In this document: in pieces, positions 48,387 through 58,817 of the stretch
Position numbering within the stretch: the stretch's first letter is position 1
Layout of the letters: every line of letters starts with the position of its first letter
NCBI RefSeq assembly: GCF_052425735.1
Contig: NC_135759.1
Coordinates: 34,224,001-34,288,000 of the forward strand
DNA: 64,000 nucleotides
Direction of reading: 5' to 3'
From: Oculina patagonica
Lineage: Eukaryota
The notes under the pieces: model-generated
Seen by the model: the letters and a program-made list of their open reading frames with translations, nothing else
Told to the model about the DNA's origin: nothing
Databases searched by the model: none
Position numbers and translations under genes: made by a program

Positions 48387-50801
48387 ATGGGTGCCCTGTT
48401 ATCGAGATGTAAATGCAGTCAGCTTCCACACACCACTGATGCAGACCCTGCTGAAACAGAACAAGGAGATACAACAAAAGTGACAGAACTTGAGTTGCTC
48501 ATGATATCACAAAAGTTGGAAAGTGAGAAGCTAGAAGAACCTAATATTTACAGCATATCGCTTGCTGAAACTCTAAACAGCTTTAGACATCAGGAACTTT
48601 TTGTTGATTTTAAGATTACAGCAAGTGGAAAGGATTTTCTTGTACACAAGAATGTGTTGGCTGCCAGCTGTAAGTTCTTTAGAGACTTGTTCAAAGTATC
48701 AGAAGCTGCAGTTCGTTATGAACTGGCTAATGTGAAGCCAAGTGCTGTGGAGGATGTTCTCAATTTTTTGTACACTGGTAAATGCAGACTACAGGGTCAA
48801 CAGAATGCTGAATCAGCACTCCGGGTTGCAGATATCTTGGGTATACGAGATTTACAAGAAGCTTTACAAAGATACCTTTCCTCAGCAAATGAAACGTCTG
48901 AAGATACTGGTATCCATGAAGAATTCATTGCATGTCGTGAGGGGTCAGTTCTGCAAGGGATAATGGAATTTTGGGCTGAAGGATTGTTCTGTGACCTCAC
49001 ATTGACGACTAATTGTGGAAGAATTGTTCCAGTTCACAAGAATGTTTTAGCAGCTGTCAGCTGTTATTTTCAAGGTCTATTTAGATCTGACATGAAAGAG
49101 GTTCATGAAAACAATGTTGACTTTGGAATGATCAGTGAAACGGTTGTCAATGAGCTACTGAATTTTATCTACAGTGGAAAGATTTCCATCACTTCTGACA
49201 ATGTACGGAGCTTGCTGCAAGCTAGTGACTATTTGCTGATAGACCACTTGAGAACAACTATTGTTGCATCCTTTAAAGGTTCCAATTTTTGGCACATATT
49301 TGATTTATTAAAATCGTTTAGTTGCCCGTATGAGATTAACGCAGATGTTTTACAGTGGACTCGTAGCCATTATTGGGAAATCACTCAATCAGATGAGTTT
49401 TTGGATATCACTGAAGAAGACCTGAAATGGTTTCTATCAAATGATGATATTGTGTGCAGTGAGACTCAGATGTTAGAATCTCTGATCCGTTGGTACAAGT
49501 ATTCAAAGCCTCAAAGAGAAGAATCCTTCCAGAGACTTCTTTGTCTTGTTCACATGACTAGTATTCCAGATTTGTACTTGAAATTTCTTGCTGAAAGAGA
49601 AGGTATTGAAGATTTATTATATTCTTACACTGGTCACCAACTTAGAGAAAAGGTTCCATTAGATGAATTGAAAAGAACTGCACACTTCTATAATCTCGTA
49701 GTGTTTGGATTTTCGCGGGATCCTGATTGCTTGGGAAACCGACTGTTTTACTGGCTTCCCTTTGCTGGTCCATGGTCATACATTACTCCTCCATACAGTT
49801 TTCAACGAAATTCCCCAGTGATTTACACTGGTGATGCTTTGTTTCTACAGTGGTATGGGTTCCACCCTCATTTAACTTACTTTAGTAACCCTTTGAGTGC
49901 AAAACATTTCAAACATGATTCTTCTTTGTGTTCCGCTACTTTGATAGAGCACTTATCTGATGCGCCTCAGGAATGTACTGCAGTTGCATTGGGAAGCTGC
50001 ATCTATTTGATAGGAGGAACTGTTAGACACAAAGTCAGCAGCACTGTTCAACGATTTAATATGGAAAAACAATCTTGGGAGCCTGTCTCAAGCATGCAAG
50101 AACCGCGTATTTATCACTCTGCTATCAACTATAGGGATAGATACATTTACGTCTTTGGGGGCCTTGAGGGTCGGGCATGTGTTAACTCCAATTACAAGTC
50201 AACAGTTGAGAGGTATGACCCAGAAGAAGATTCCTGGTCATTTGTAGCACCTATGCAGCAACCTCGACGTAATGGCTTGGCATGTGTGTTAGTTGACAAG
50301 ATCTTTGTGATTGGAGGAGAAAGCGCAGAATGTGCGTGTGCACCCAAATGTGAAGTTTATGACCCAATTACGGATGTGTGGCAGATGGGTTGTTTTCAGA
50401 TAATAGAAGCTTATACTGTAAAAGCATGCAGAGACACTGGAACCTTCCGTCTTCAAATGTTCTCTAATGAAGGCTCCAGTGGAAGTAGTATTACAACAGA
50501 ACCAGACCCTCTTGAGCTCAAAGTTTGCATTCCACAGGACGAGGCACTCTATGACCATAATTGCCTTCATAGGCCCTCGGTAACATGCTGTAATGGTTCT
50601 ATTATTATCTTTGATTTTGGTTCATTTTTGCTGAAAAATTTAAGGTTACCATTTTACTTCGTCGACCCAGAAACTGGCCATTTTAGGATCTTGTATTCAT
50701 TACCATCATGGCCCAGTGAGACATCACACGGGATTATAATGCCCCTTAGTCGAAGGGACATGATGAAGGCACTCGAAGACTACCCTGGAAACATATGTTA
50801 A
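48387..50801 (+). CDS. Kelch-like protein, paralog B (804 aa)
   Basis: Intronless ORF starting MGALLSRCKC; BTB-BTB-BACK-Kelch; 5'UTR acceptor at 48241. Confidence 0.95.
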   Translation: MGALLSRCKCSQLPHTTDADPAETEQGDTTKVTELELLMISQKLESEKLEEPNIYSISLAETLNSFRHQELFVDFKITASGKDFLVHKNVLAASCKFFRDLFKVSEAAVRYELANVKPSAVEDVLNFLYTGKCRLQGQQNAESALRVADILGIRDLQEALQRYLSSANETSEDTGIHEEFIACREGSVLQGIMEFWAEGLFCDLTLTTNCGRIVPVHKNVLAAVSCYFQGLFRSDMKEVHENNVDFGMISETVVNELLNFIYSGKISITSDNVRSLLQASDYLLIDHLRTTIVASFKGSNFWHIFDLLKSFSCPYEINADVLQWTRSHYWEITQSDEFLDITEEDLKWFLSNDDIVCSETQMLESLIRWYKYSKPQREESFQRLLCLVHMTSIPDLYLKFLAEREGIEDLLYSYTGHQLREKVPLDELKRTAHFYNLVVFGFSRDPDCLGNRLFYWLPFAGPWSYITPPYSFQRNSPVIYTGDALFLQWYGFHPHLTYFSNPLSAKHFKHDSSLCSATLIEHLSDAPQECTAVALGSCIYLIGGTVRHKVSSTVQRFNMEKQSWEPVSSMQEPRIYHSAINYRDRYIYVFGGLEGRACVNSNYKSTVERYDPEEDSWSFVAPMQQPRRNGLACVLVDKIFVIGGESAECACAPKCEVYDPITDVWQMGCFQIIEAYTVKACRDTGTFRLQMFSNEGSSGSSITTEPDPLELKVCIPQDEALYDHNCLHRPSVTCCNGSIIIFDFGSFLLKNLRLPFYFVDPETGHFRILYSLPSWPSETSHGIIMPLSRRDMMKALEDYPGNIC

Positions 50802-52347
50802 GCCAACCTTTGTAAGATTAAACTGAGTCATTTTATTTACAGCAAGTGCATGTGGTTTTTCCTGAGACGAGATTGTGTGTTAGACTATGAGCAGTCCCTA
50901 TTTTTGAAGTGAAGTGAAAAAATAAATTACCGCGTGGGAGGTGGTGGCTGGCGAGGCGAGAAGTTTCTCGCTTCGCTCGCCACCTCCCCCAAGCGGTAAT
51001 TTTTTTTTCGCTTCACGCTCAGCGGAATCTTCGAAAAACAATTTGCTTCAAGCTCGACAGACTCTGCAAAAAAATAGTGACTGCTTGTAGTCTAATTGTG
51101 TGTCCTCATTTATGATGCTTTTTACTTTACAGAATTTAGCAATCAGATTCACATCCCGGCAATGTCTAAATCTAAAAAGTATAAAGGGAACTATCTTAGC
51201 CATTACTTTTTCAAAATTTAAAACAGTTTCTGCTTCAGTACTGAAAAACCCAACTTTCCTCTCCCCAAAAATATTTGTGAGCAAAGGGAACTTCGAGTTT
51301 TTTTTTCAGGTTTGGCCAACAAAGTTTTCTTGTGTTCCCTTAAAGTATTTCTTCGACTTTTGTGTTCCCTAAAATACCGTATTTATTCGATTTAACGCCG
51401 CGGTTATTATTAAATTTTCCTGATTCGAGTGCGGCGTTTATTTGAGAGCAGCGTTTATTTAAAATTTAATATATTTCTTGCTAACAACAGTATAGTAACT
51501 GAATTTTAAAAAATTAAAAAACAAATGTTTTAGTGCTTATCTGAAAAGTAATTTTCAATATCTCAAACATTGTTACGATCAAGGAAAACATGTTTGAGGC
51601 TTGCTCAAACTTGATTATTACTGCATTTGCTTTTTGCCGGTCTGACTTACGCACGGGTTGTCCAAACGTCAGTCGCCAACAACAGTTCCTTACAGAACTA
51701 CTCTCGCCTGAACGATCACGCGATATGAATTGCTGATACTACTGGGTTTAAATCGTTTACTATGATCGGCATAATTTTATTGCACGGCAGTTAGATCATG
51801 TTTAAGATACGTTTGACTGACGGAAGTCTATTATCGGGGAACATGGCCAATACTTTTTGAGAACATGGGAACAAAAGGAAAATAAACCAGGGAACACGAC
51901 AACAATAACATACCGTATTTATTCGATTAACGCCGCCTTAGGGCAGAAATATATAAACGCCGCCCTCGGCTTTTATTCAAATAATTTCTTCAGAGTCAAG
52001 TGAAAAGTTATTTATTAGAATCTTGTCAGTCTATGATGTTTTAAGTCTGGTCTCTTAAAACTGACTGGTCATTTTTGCCATGATGTTATTGGATGTAAAG
52101 GCCTATCAACCCAGGCGATTTTTTATGCGATTTTTGTCGCGCTTCCCGATGCAACTTTTTTGTCGCGCTTTTTGTAAACTAGCGGCGATCCAAAATTTTA
52201 ATTTTGGATAAAGATTAAGTATAAATCGACCCAGCTCTGATAGCCTGTATACAGTGCAGCAAAAATTGGTCCAGACGCGTCAAAACGGTCCGCGGGATCC
52301 GATAATGTTTGTAAAGAAACAAGGGGGGGGGGGGGGGGGGGGAAAGA

Positions 52348-52467
52348 CCGGAAGTTTTGGGTTGTCGACTACAGCAACGAAATATGGCGGATCGAAGTTG
52401 ACATGTAAGCAGCTCGTATATAATGCCAACACGGAACTTTCCAGGTGCACAGTCCAGGTCGGAAAAG
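52348..52467 (+). promoter_or_regulatory. Duplicated promoter and first (5'UTR) exon of paralog C
   Basis: Near-identical to 42467-42587. Confidence 0.65.
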
Positions 52468-55400
52468 GTAAAATAGGTATTGTATTCCAAAAATTAAAGT
52501 ATTGGTCATGACAAGCTTATATTTAGTACGTTTTGAGCTTGATACTTTGGCAGTATTTTTGTCGAACGTACATGAAACGTAGTACATAATTTATAGACAG
52601 AATACAGAGCTTATTTTTGCGACTGCTTAAGTTACGTACATGACTGCGATGATCTTTCATTCGCGTTCAAACATATGAAATACAATACTGAGCTTTACGT
52701 GTACGTAACGACCAAATCGAAACTTCAACATCCCCCACCCCCACTCACCCAACCGCGGGCATTTTAACTGTTGTAGTTGTTTGTTAAAATTCCCATTCCT
52801 GGGCCAAAAATGATGTTAACACCCCCCACCTAATGGTCAAATTTGGTATTGAGATGCTCTTATACTACCCCAGGACATAAATGGGAAAAATGAGCAAAAG
52901 AACAAAAGTGTATTTCTTTTCAGAGTATGATTTATGCCCGGGGGGGTACTCCCTAAAATTTACCACAGGGGTGTGCCGCTGAGTCTCTGAGACTCTGGAC
53001 CTGTTCCAGAGAAAAAAAGCTGAATTTGCGACCCTGTTCCAGACAAACATTGCAAAATAGGTACCCTGTTCCAGACAATATCCACAATGGAAATATATGT
53101 AGATAGATATAAAAACATTAGCATATACATCACAAAGCACTCACTCTGGCTCACTTGACTTCTTCTGTGGCTCAGAGATAAAGCGATCAGAGGAGCGGAG
53201 TTTAATAGCCAAACTTGATCGTGTTTAGTCTGGATTCTGGGGAAAAAAACGACCCTGTTCCAGAGTCAAAAGGGTGATTTTTATACCCTGTTCCAGAGTC
53301 AGAGAGGCAAAAAGCATACCCTGTTGAGCGGCACATACCCGTATAGCCCTTTATATGTGGGAGTACCCCCCCCCCGGGATTTATACACCTAACAATGTTA
53401 AGCGGCTGGGGAGGGGGAGGCCGGGCATAGTCAGGGGATTTGACAGCAATTGTTTGCCGGTAGTGGGGACTTTTGAACATTTGAATGGACTTTCTTACAA
53501 CATTTTATTGAAGTTTAGTGACTCTTTTGAATATCCACAAATGCTCTGGGGTTGGGCATTTGATCAGAAAGTCTCAGCTACATTCAAATGCCCAGCCTAT
53601 GCCCGGCCTCCCTCCCCCCCTCCCAGCAGCCTAACATTGATATGTGCATTATATGTAGAATATTTCACTGGGATCACCCACTAGTTCCATAGTGTCCCAA
53701 GTCTTTGTTTTTTATTTGATAAAAGGGGGTTAAATAGATTATGAGCTCAAAATTTCTAAGGTGATAGGAGGGGTGTGAATAGGGGTACGTAAATCCATCA
53801 ATCTGTGCTATTTTTTGTCTAAATCTGTCAATCCGTCACTATTTTAGTTTGAATTCCGCATTTCTTGAAAACTTTGTGTCATGTAGTTTCACTGCAATGA
53901 ACAGTAGATATTTTTTTAAAGCCATTTTTTTAAGAATTTTCTTTCATTGCTTATTTTTGCAACAATCCATTAACATACTGACGAAGATGGACCAAAGAGA
54001 TCCAATCTTCATTTTAGTATCCATGATCCGATTTTCCTAACATGAAGAGTCTGAATTCCAGGCCAAAATTCTCAGCTTATCCGCAATACGCTGTATTTTT
54101 AAAATCTGCCACGAATCCGTTCAATTATCACAAGAATTCACAATTCATTCCCTTTTTTAGAGGCCAAATCCATCAAGTCGTGAACCTATTCAGCCCCCTC
54201 TGATAGTTGGTGAGGCTGAAGCCAAATCAACTATCACCTTAATGTTATAGAAATTGAGAGCGAATAATCTAATTATTTTAGTAGAATTCTTACTAAAGTA
54301 CTGCTACTATTAATTTTAACGATTTTCAATTAGTTTTAAGCATTTTAAATTATAATTTAAATTGTCAAACATTCCGAGCTCACGCATACTTGTATACTAA
54401 CAGCTGATAGTATACTTGTAAGTAGCTTAGCCAATCAGATTGTGGCATTTGCATTAGTATACTAGTAAAATTCCATGGAAATAGACAGCTCAAAGTACCT
54501 TGAGAACAGAAAATCCTCCCAATTTCCCAGACCTGGGATATTTTACGGTTATATCCTCAGCGGTCTTTGTAATTAGGGTGGTAAGGGAGGGAGGTCCACA
54601 TCACGAATCACAAGCTTTTTTTATTAAATCACCAAACGCATATATTTTTCGGACCATTTCACAAATCGCATCTTAAATGGATTAAAAAATAAAATATAAT
54701 TAATATAAAAAGACCTCTCTAAATTTTGACAATTTTAATTAGTAAGATTAAGGTACATAATTTGTTTTGATTTTTCACGAACATTTTCAGTATGAGTCAC
54801 AAATCGTACTGGTCCTAAAAATTAGCAGATCACGCATCAGACTGGTCTGGCAATTTGATCATGGCCGGATTTGAGCTGGTACACTATTTTTTGCTCAAAT
54901 CACGCATCAATCACATCCCTTCATTACTCTGTATAATTTCCAGGAAAACATCCCCATGTGAATCCCCCTGCGTTTCCTGTTTTCCTGAGGGTTTAATCTT
55001 TGCTGGGAAGCAGTGAATATAATCTGGATAAAAATTTATCCTGCTACTACATGAAAATGCACTTATCAGTGTTAGGCCTGGGCCCTGGGGGGAGGGGGTA
55101 ATGTTGGGTATCTGACTTTCCAGAGGAAATTTTTATGAAAATCCTTACCCTGGGCCCCCAAAAATTGTTCAAATTAGAGCAAATCCTGCATTTTGGTCAT
55201 GTCTTATAAGTGATTTCCTTGAACGCTTTGTGTATCATCATCACCACCATCATGAACTTCATTTTAGTATCAAAATCTTCTAGCATGTATTCTGAACAAT
55301 AAAATATTATCACATCCTATGTAATATACAAGATTCAAAGAAATTTAATCCACACAATATCCACAAATTGAAGTGTCTTGCATTTTACTACACAAAGTGT

Positions 55401-55898
55401 GTTCAAATGCAAGGCCATTTCACTAAAAACAGAAAATAAAAATAAAGTCACGTTGGTGGCCATGGTGGACTCCAGGTTAAGCAGTCTGGGTTCAAACCAC
55501 AGCTGGGGTCAATGCATTGTGTTCTTGGGAAAGATACATAACTCTCATGGTGTCTCTGTGCACCCTGGAGTATACATGGGTACCAGCAAATTTAATGCTG
55601 AGAGTTACCCTGCAATGGGCTAGCATCCCATCCAGGGAGGAGTAGAAATGTTCCTAATTGCATAATGCTATGAAAACTGGGATAAGTCTTGGCCTGATGG
55701 GCCACACAGTGTATGGGTGTGGTTCTCATAGCTGCTAAAATGGTTTATTACAGTAGTTCAAGGTTGCCACATTTCAGAAAAATTCTTGAAAGGCAGGGAA
55801 AGATCGGAAAATTTTAATTTGAGTCAAGGAAAGTTGATATTTTGAAGATAATTAAGTCATGAAAAATTGAAATTGTAACACCACTGATTTAATATTAT

Positions 55899-55937
<39 letters not shown>

Positions 55938-56396
55938 TGATACTGAAAGAAACCATGCAGGTCAATGTGATTTTAGCCTTCGTGCAGCAGTCTCCTAGGT
56001 GGTGCAAAAGGCAATAGGAGATAGCTGCACACAGGCTAATGTGAACTCAGCGATGTTTTTTTTGGAAGCAAAGGGTGGAGGCTGCTACTGTATCTGACAG
56101 TTTGTATTTATTTGGTAAGGGAAAGTGAATTTTTGTTGGGGGAAAATCAGGCAATTTTTTTTTTAAACTGATGTCTCTGCCCCTTAAGGTTTTTTGCACT
56201 AAATGCTTTTATTGTATTAAACAGAAATGAATGTTTTTGTTTCATGTACAGACGTTCCCACAGTGTACCATTGAAGCAGTTGAGGATGCCATGTGATGTG
56301 ACTTCTCTGCATAGGAGATGCTAGCTTTAAGATAACGCAGGAATATGTTGGAATTGCACATTAGTTTTATAAGCTTCAAAAAGACACCTCGATAAA

Positions 56397-58817
56397 ATGG
56401 GTGCCCTGTTATCGAGATGTAAATGCAGTCGGCTTTCACACACCACTGATGCGGACCCTGCTGAAACAGAACAAGGAGATACAACAAAAGTGACAGAACT
56501 TGAGTTGCTCATGGTATCACAAAAGTTGGAAAGTGAGAAGCTAGAAGAACCTAATATTTACAGCATATCGCTTGCTGAAACTCTAAACAGCTTTAGACAT
56601 CAGGAACTTTTTGTTGATTTTAAAATTACAGCAAGTGGAAAGGATTTTCGTGTACACAAGAATGTGTTGGCTGCCAGCTGTAAGTTCTTTAGAGACTTGT
56701 TCAAAGTATCAGAAGCTGCAGTTCGTTATGAACTAGCTAATGTGGAGCCAAGTGCTGTGGAGGATGTTCTCATTTTTTTTTACACTGGTAAATGCAGACT
56801 ACAGGGTCATCAGAATGCTGAATCAGCACTCAGGGTTGCAGATATCTTGGGTATACGAGATTTACAAGAAGCTTTACAAAGATACCTTGCCTCGGCAAAG
56901 GAAACGTCTGAAGATACTGGCATCCATAAAGAATTCATTGCATGTCGTGAGGGGTCAGTTCTGAAAGGGATAATGGAATTTTGGGCTGAAGGATTGTTTT
57001 GTGACCTCACATTGACGACTCACTGTGGAAGAATTGTTCCAGTTCACAAAAATATTTTAGCAGCTGTCAGCTGTTATTTTCAAGGTCTATTTAGATCTGG
57101 CATGAAAGAGGTTCATGAAAACAATGTTGACTTTGGAATGGTCAGTGAAACGGTTGTCAATGAGCTACTGAATTTTATCTACAGTGGAAAGATTACCATT
57201 ACTTTTGACAATGTACGGAGCTTGCTGCAAGCTAGTGATTATTTGCTGATAGAGCACTTGAGAACAACTATTGTTGCATTCTCAAAAGGTTCCACGTCAC
57301 TGAAAAGTTTTTGGCACATATTTGATTTAGTAAAATCGTTTAGTTGCCTGAATGAGATTAACTCAGACGTTTTACACTTAACTTGTAGCCATTATTGGGA
57401 AATCACACAATCAGATGAGTTTTTAGAAATCACTGAAGAAGACCTGAAATGGTTTCTGTCAAATGATGATATTGTGTCCAGTGAGACTCAGATGTTAGAA
57501 TCTCTGATCCGTTGGTACAAGTATTCAAAGCCTCAAAGAGAAGAATCCTTTAAGCGACTTCTTTGTTGTATTCACATGACTAGTATTCCAGATTTGTACC
57601 TGAAATTTCTTGCTGAAAGAGAAGGTATTGAAAATTTATATTCTTACACTGGCCACCAACTTAGAGCAAAGGTTTCACTAGATGACTTGAAAAGAACTTC
57701 ACACTTCTACAATCTCGTAGTGTTTGGATTTACAGATCCATGTTGCTCAGGAAACCAACTGTTTTATTGGCTTCCCTTTGCTGGTCCATGGTCATACATA
57801 ACTTCTCCATACAGTTTTCAACGAAATACCCCAGTGATTTACACTGGTGATGCTTTGTTTCTACAGTGGTATGGGTTCCACCCTCATTTAACTTACTTTA
57901 GTAACCCTTTGAGTGCAAAACATTTCAAACATGACTCTTCTTTGTGTTCCGCTACTTTGATAGAGCACTTATCTGATGCGCCTCAGGATTGTACTGCAGT
58001 TGCATTGGGAAGCTGCATCTATTTGATAGGAGGAACTGTTAGACACAAAGCCAGCAGCACTGTTCAACGATTTAATATGGAAAAACAATCTTGGGAGCCT
58101 GTCTCAAGCATGCAAGAACCGCGTATTTATCACTCTGCTATCAACTATAGGGATAGATACATTTACGTCTTTGGGGGCCTTGAGGGTCGGGCATGTGTTA
58201 ACTCCAATTACACGTCAACAGTTGAGAGGTATGACCCAGAAGAAGATTCCTGGTCATTTGTAGCACCTATGCAGCAACCTCGACGTAATGGCTTGGCATG
58301 TGTGTTTGCTGACAAGATCTTTGTGATTGGAGGAAAAAGTGCAGAATGTGCGTGTGCACCCAAATGTGAAGTTTATGACCCAATTACGGATGTGTGGCAG
58401 ATGGGTTGTTTTCAGATACTAGAAGTTTATACTGTTAAAACATGCAGAGACACTGGAACCTTCCGTCTTCAAATATTCTCTAATGAAGGCTCCAGTGGAA
58501 GTAGTATTACAACAGAACCAGACCCTCTTGAGCTCAAAGTTTGCATTCCACAGGATGAGGCACTCTATGACCATAATTACCTTAATAAGCCCTCGGTAAC
58601 ATGCTGTAATGGTTCTATTATTATCTTTGATTTTGGTTCATTTTTGCTGAAAAATTTAAGGTTACCATTTTACTTCGTCGACCCAGAAACTGGCCATTTT
58701 AGGATCTTGTATTCATTACCATCATGGCCCAGTGAGACATCACGCGGGATTATAATGCCCCTTAGTCGAAGGGACATGATCAAGGCACTCGAAGACTACC
58801 CTGGAAACATATGTTAA
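56397..58817 (+). CDS. Kelch-like protein, paralog C (806 aa)
   Basis: Intronless ORF starting MGALLSRCKC; BTB-BTB-BACK-Kelch; 5'UTR acceptor at 56251. Confidence 0.95.
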   Translation: MGALLSRCKCSRLSHTTDADPAETEQGDTTKVTELELLMVSQKLESEKLEEPNIYSISLAETLNSFRHQELFVDFKITASGKDFRVHKNVLAASCKFFRDLFKVSEAAVRYELANVEPSAVEDVLIFFYTGKCRLQGHQNAESALRVADILGIRDLQEALQRYLASAKETSEDTGIHKEFIACREGSVLKGIMEFWAEGLFCDLTLTTHCGRIVPVHKNILAAVSCYFQGLFRSGMKEVHENNVDFGMVSETVVNELLNFIYSGKITITFDNVRSLLQASDYLLIEHLRTTIVAFSKGSTSLKSFWHIFDLVKSFSCLNEINSDVLHLTCSHYWEITQSDEFLEITEEDLKWFLSNDDIVSSETQMLESLIRWYKYSKPQREESFKRLLCCIHMTSIPDLYLKFLAEREGIENLYSYTGHQLRAKVSLDDLKRTSHFYNLVVFGFTDPCCSGNQLFYWLPFAGPWSYITSPYSFQRNTPVIYTGDALFLQWYGFHPHLTYFSNPLSAKHFKHDSSLCSATLIEHLSDAPQDCTAVALGSCIYLIGGTVRHKASSTVQRFNMEKQSWEPVSSMQEPRIYHSAINYRDRYIYVFGGLEGRACVNSNYTSTVERYDPEEDSWSFVAPMQQPRRNGLACVFADKIFVIGGKSAECACAPKCEVYDPITDVWQMGCFQILEVYTVKTCRDTGTFRLQIFSNEGSSGSSITTEPDPLELKVCIPQDEALYDHNYLNKPSVTCCNGSIIIFDFGSFLLKNLRLPFYFVDPETGHFRILYSLPSWPSETSRGIIMPLSRRDMIKALEDYPGNIC

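Larger units (their letters stand above)
40352..58817 (+). repeat. Tandem segmental duplication of junction, spacer, promoter and Kelch gene (two recent copies)
   Basis: 40352-50801 and 50802-58817 are colinear and nearly identical apart from transposon indels. Both share older homology with ~31915-40351. Confidence 0.9.
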
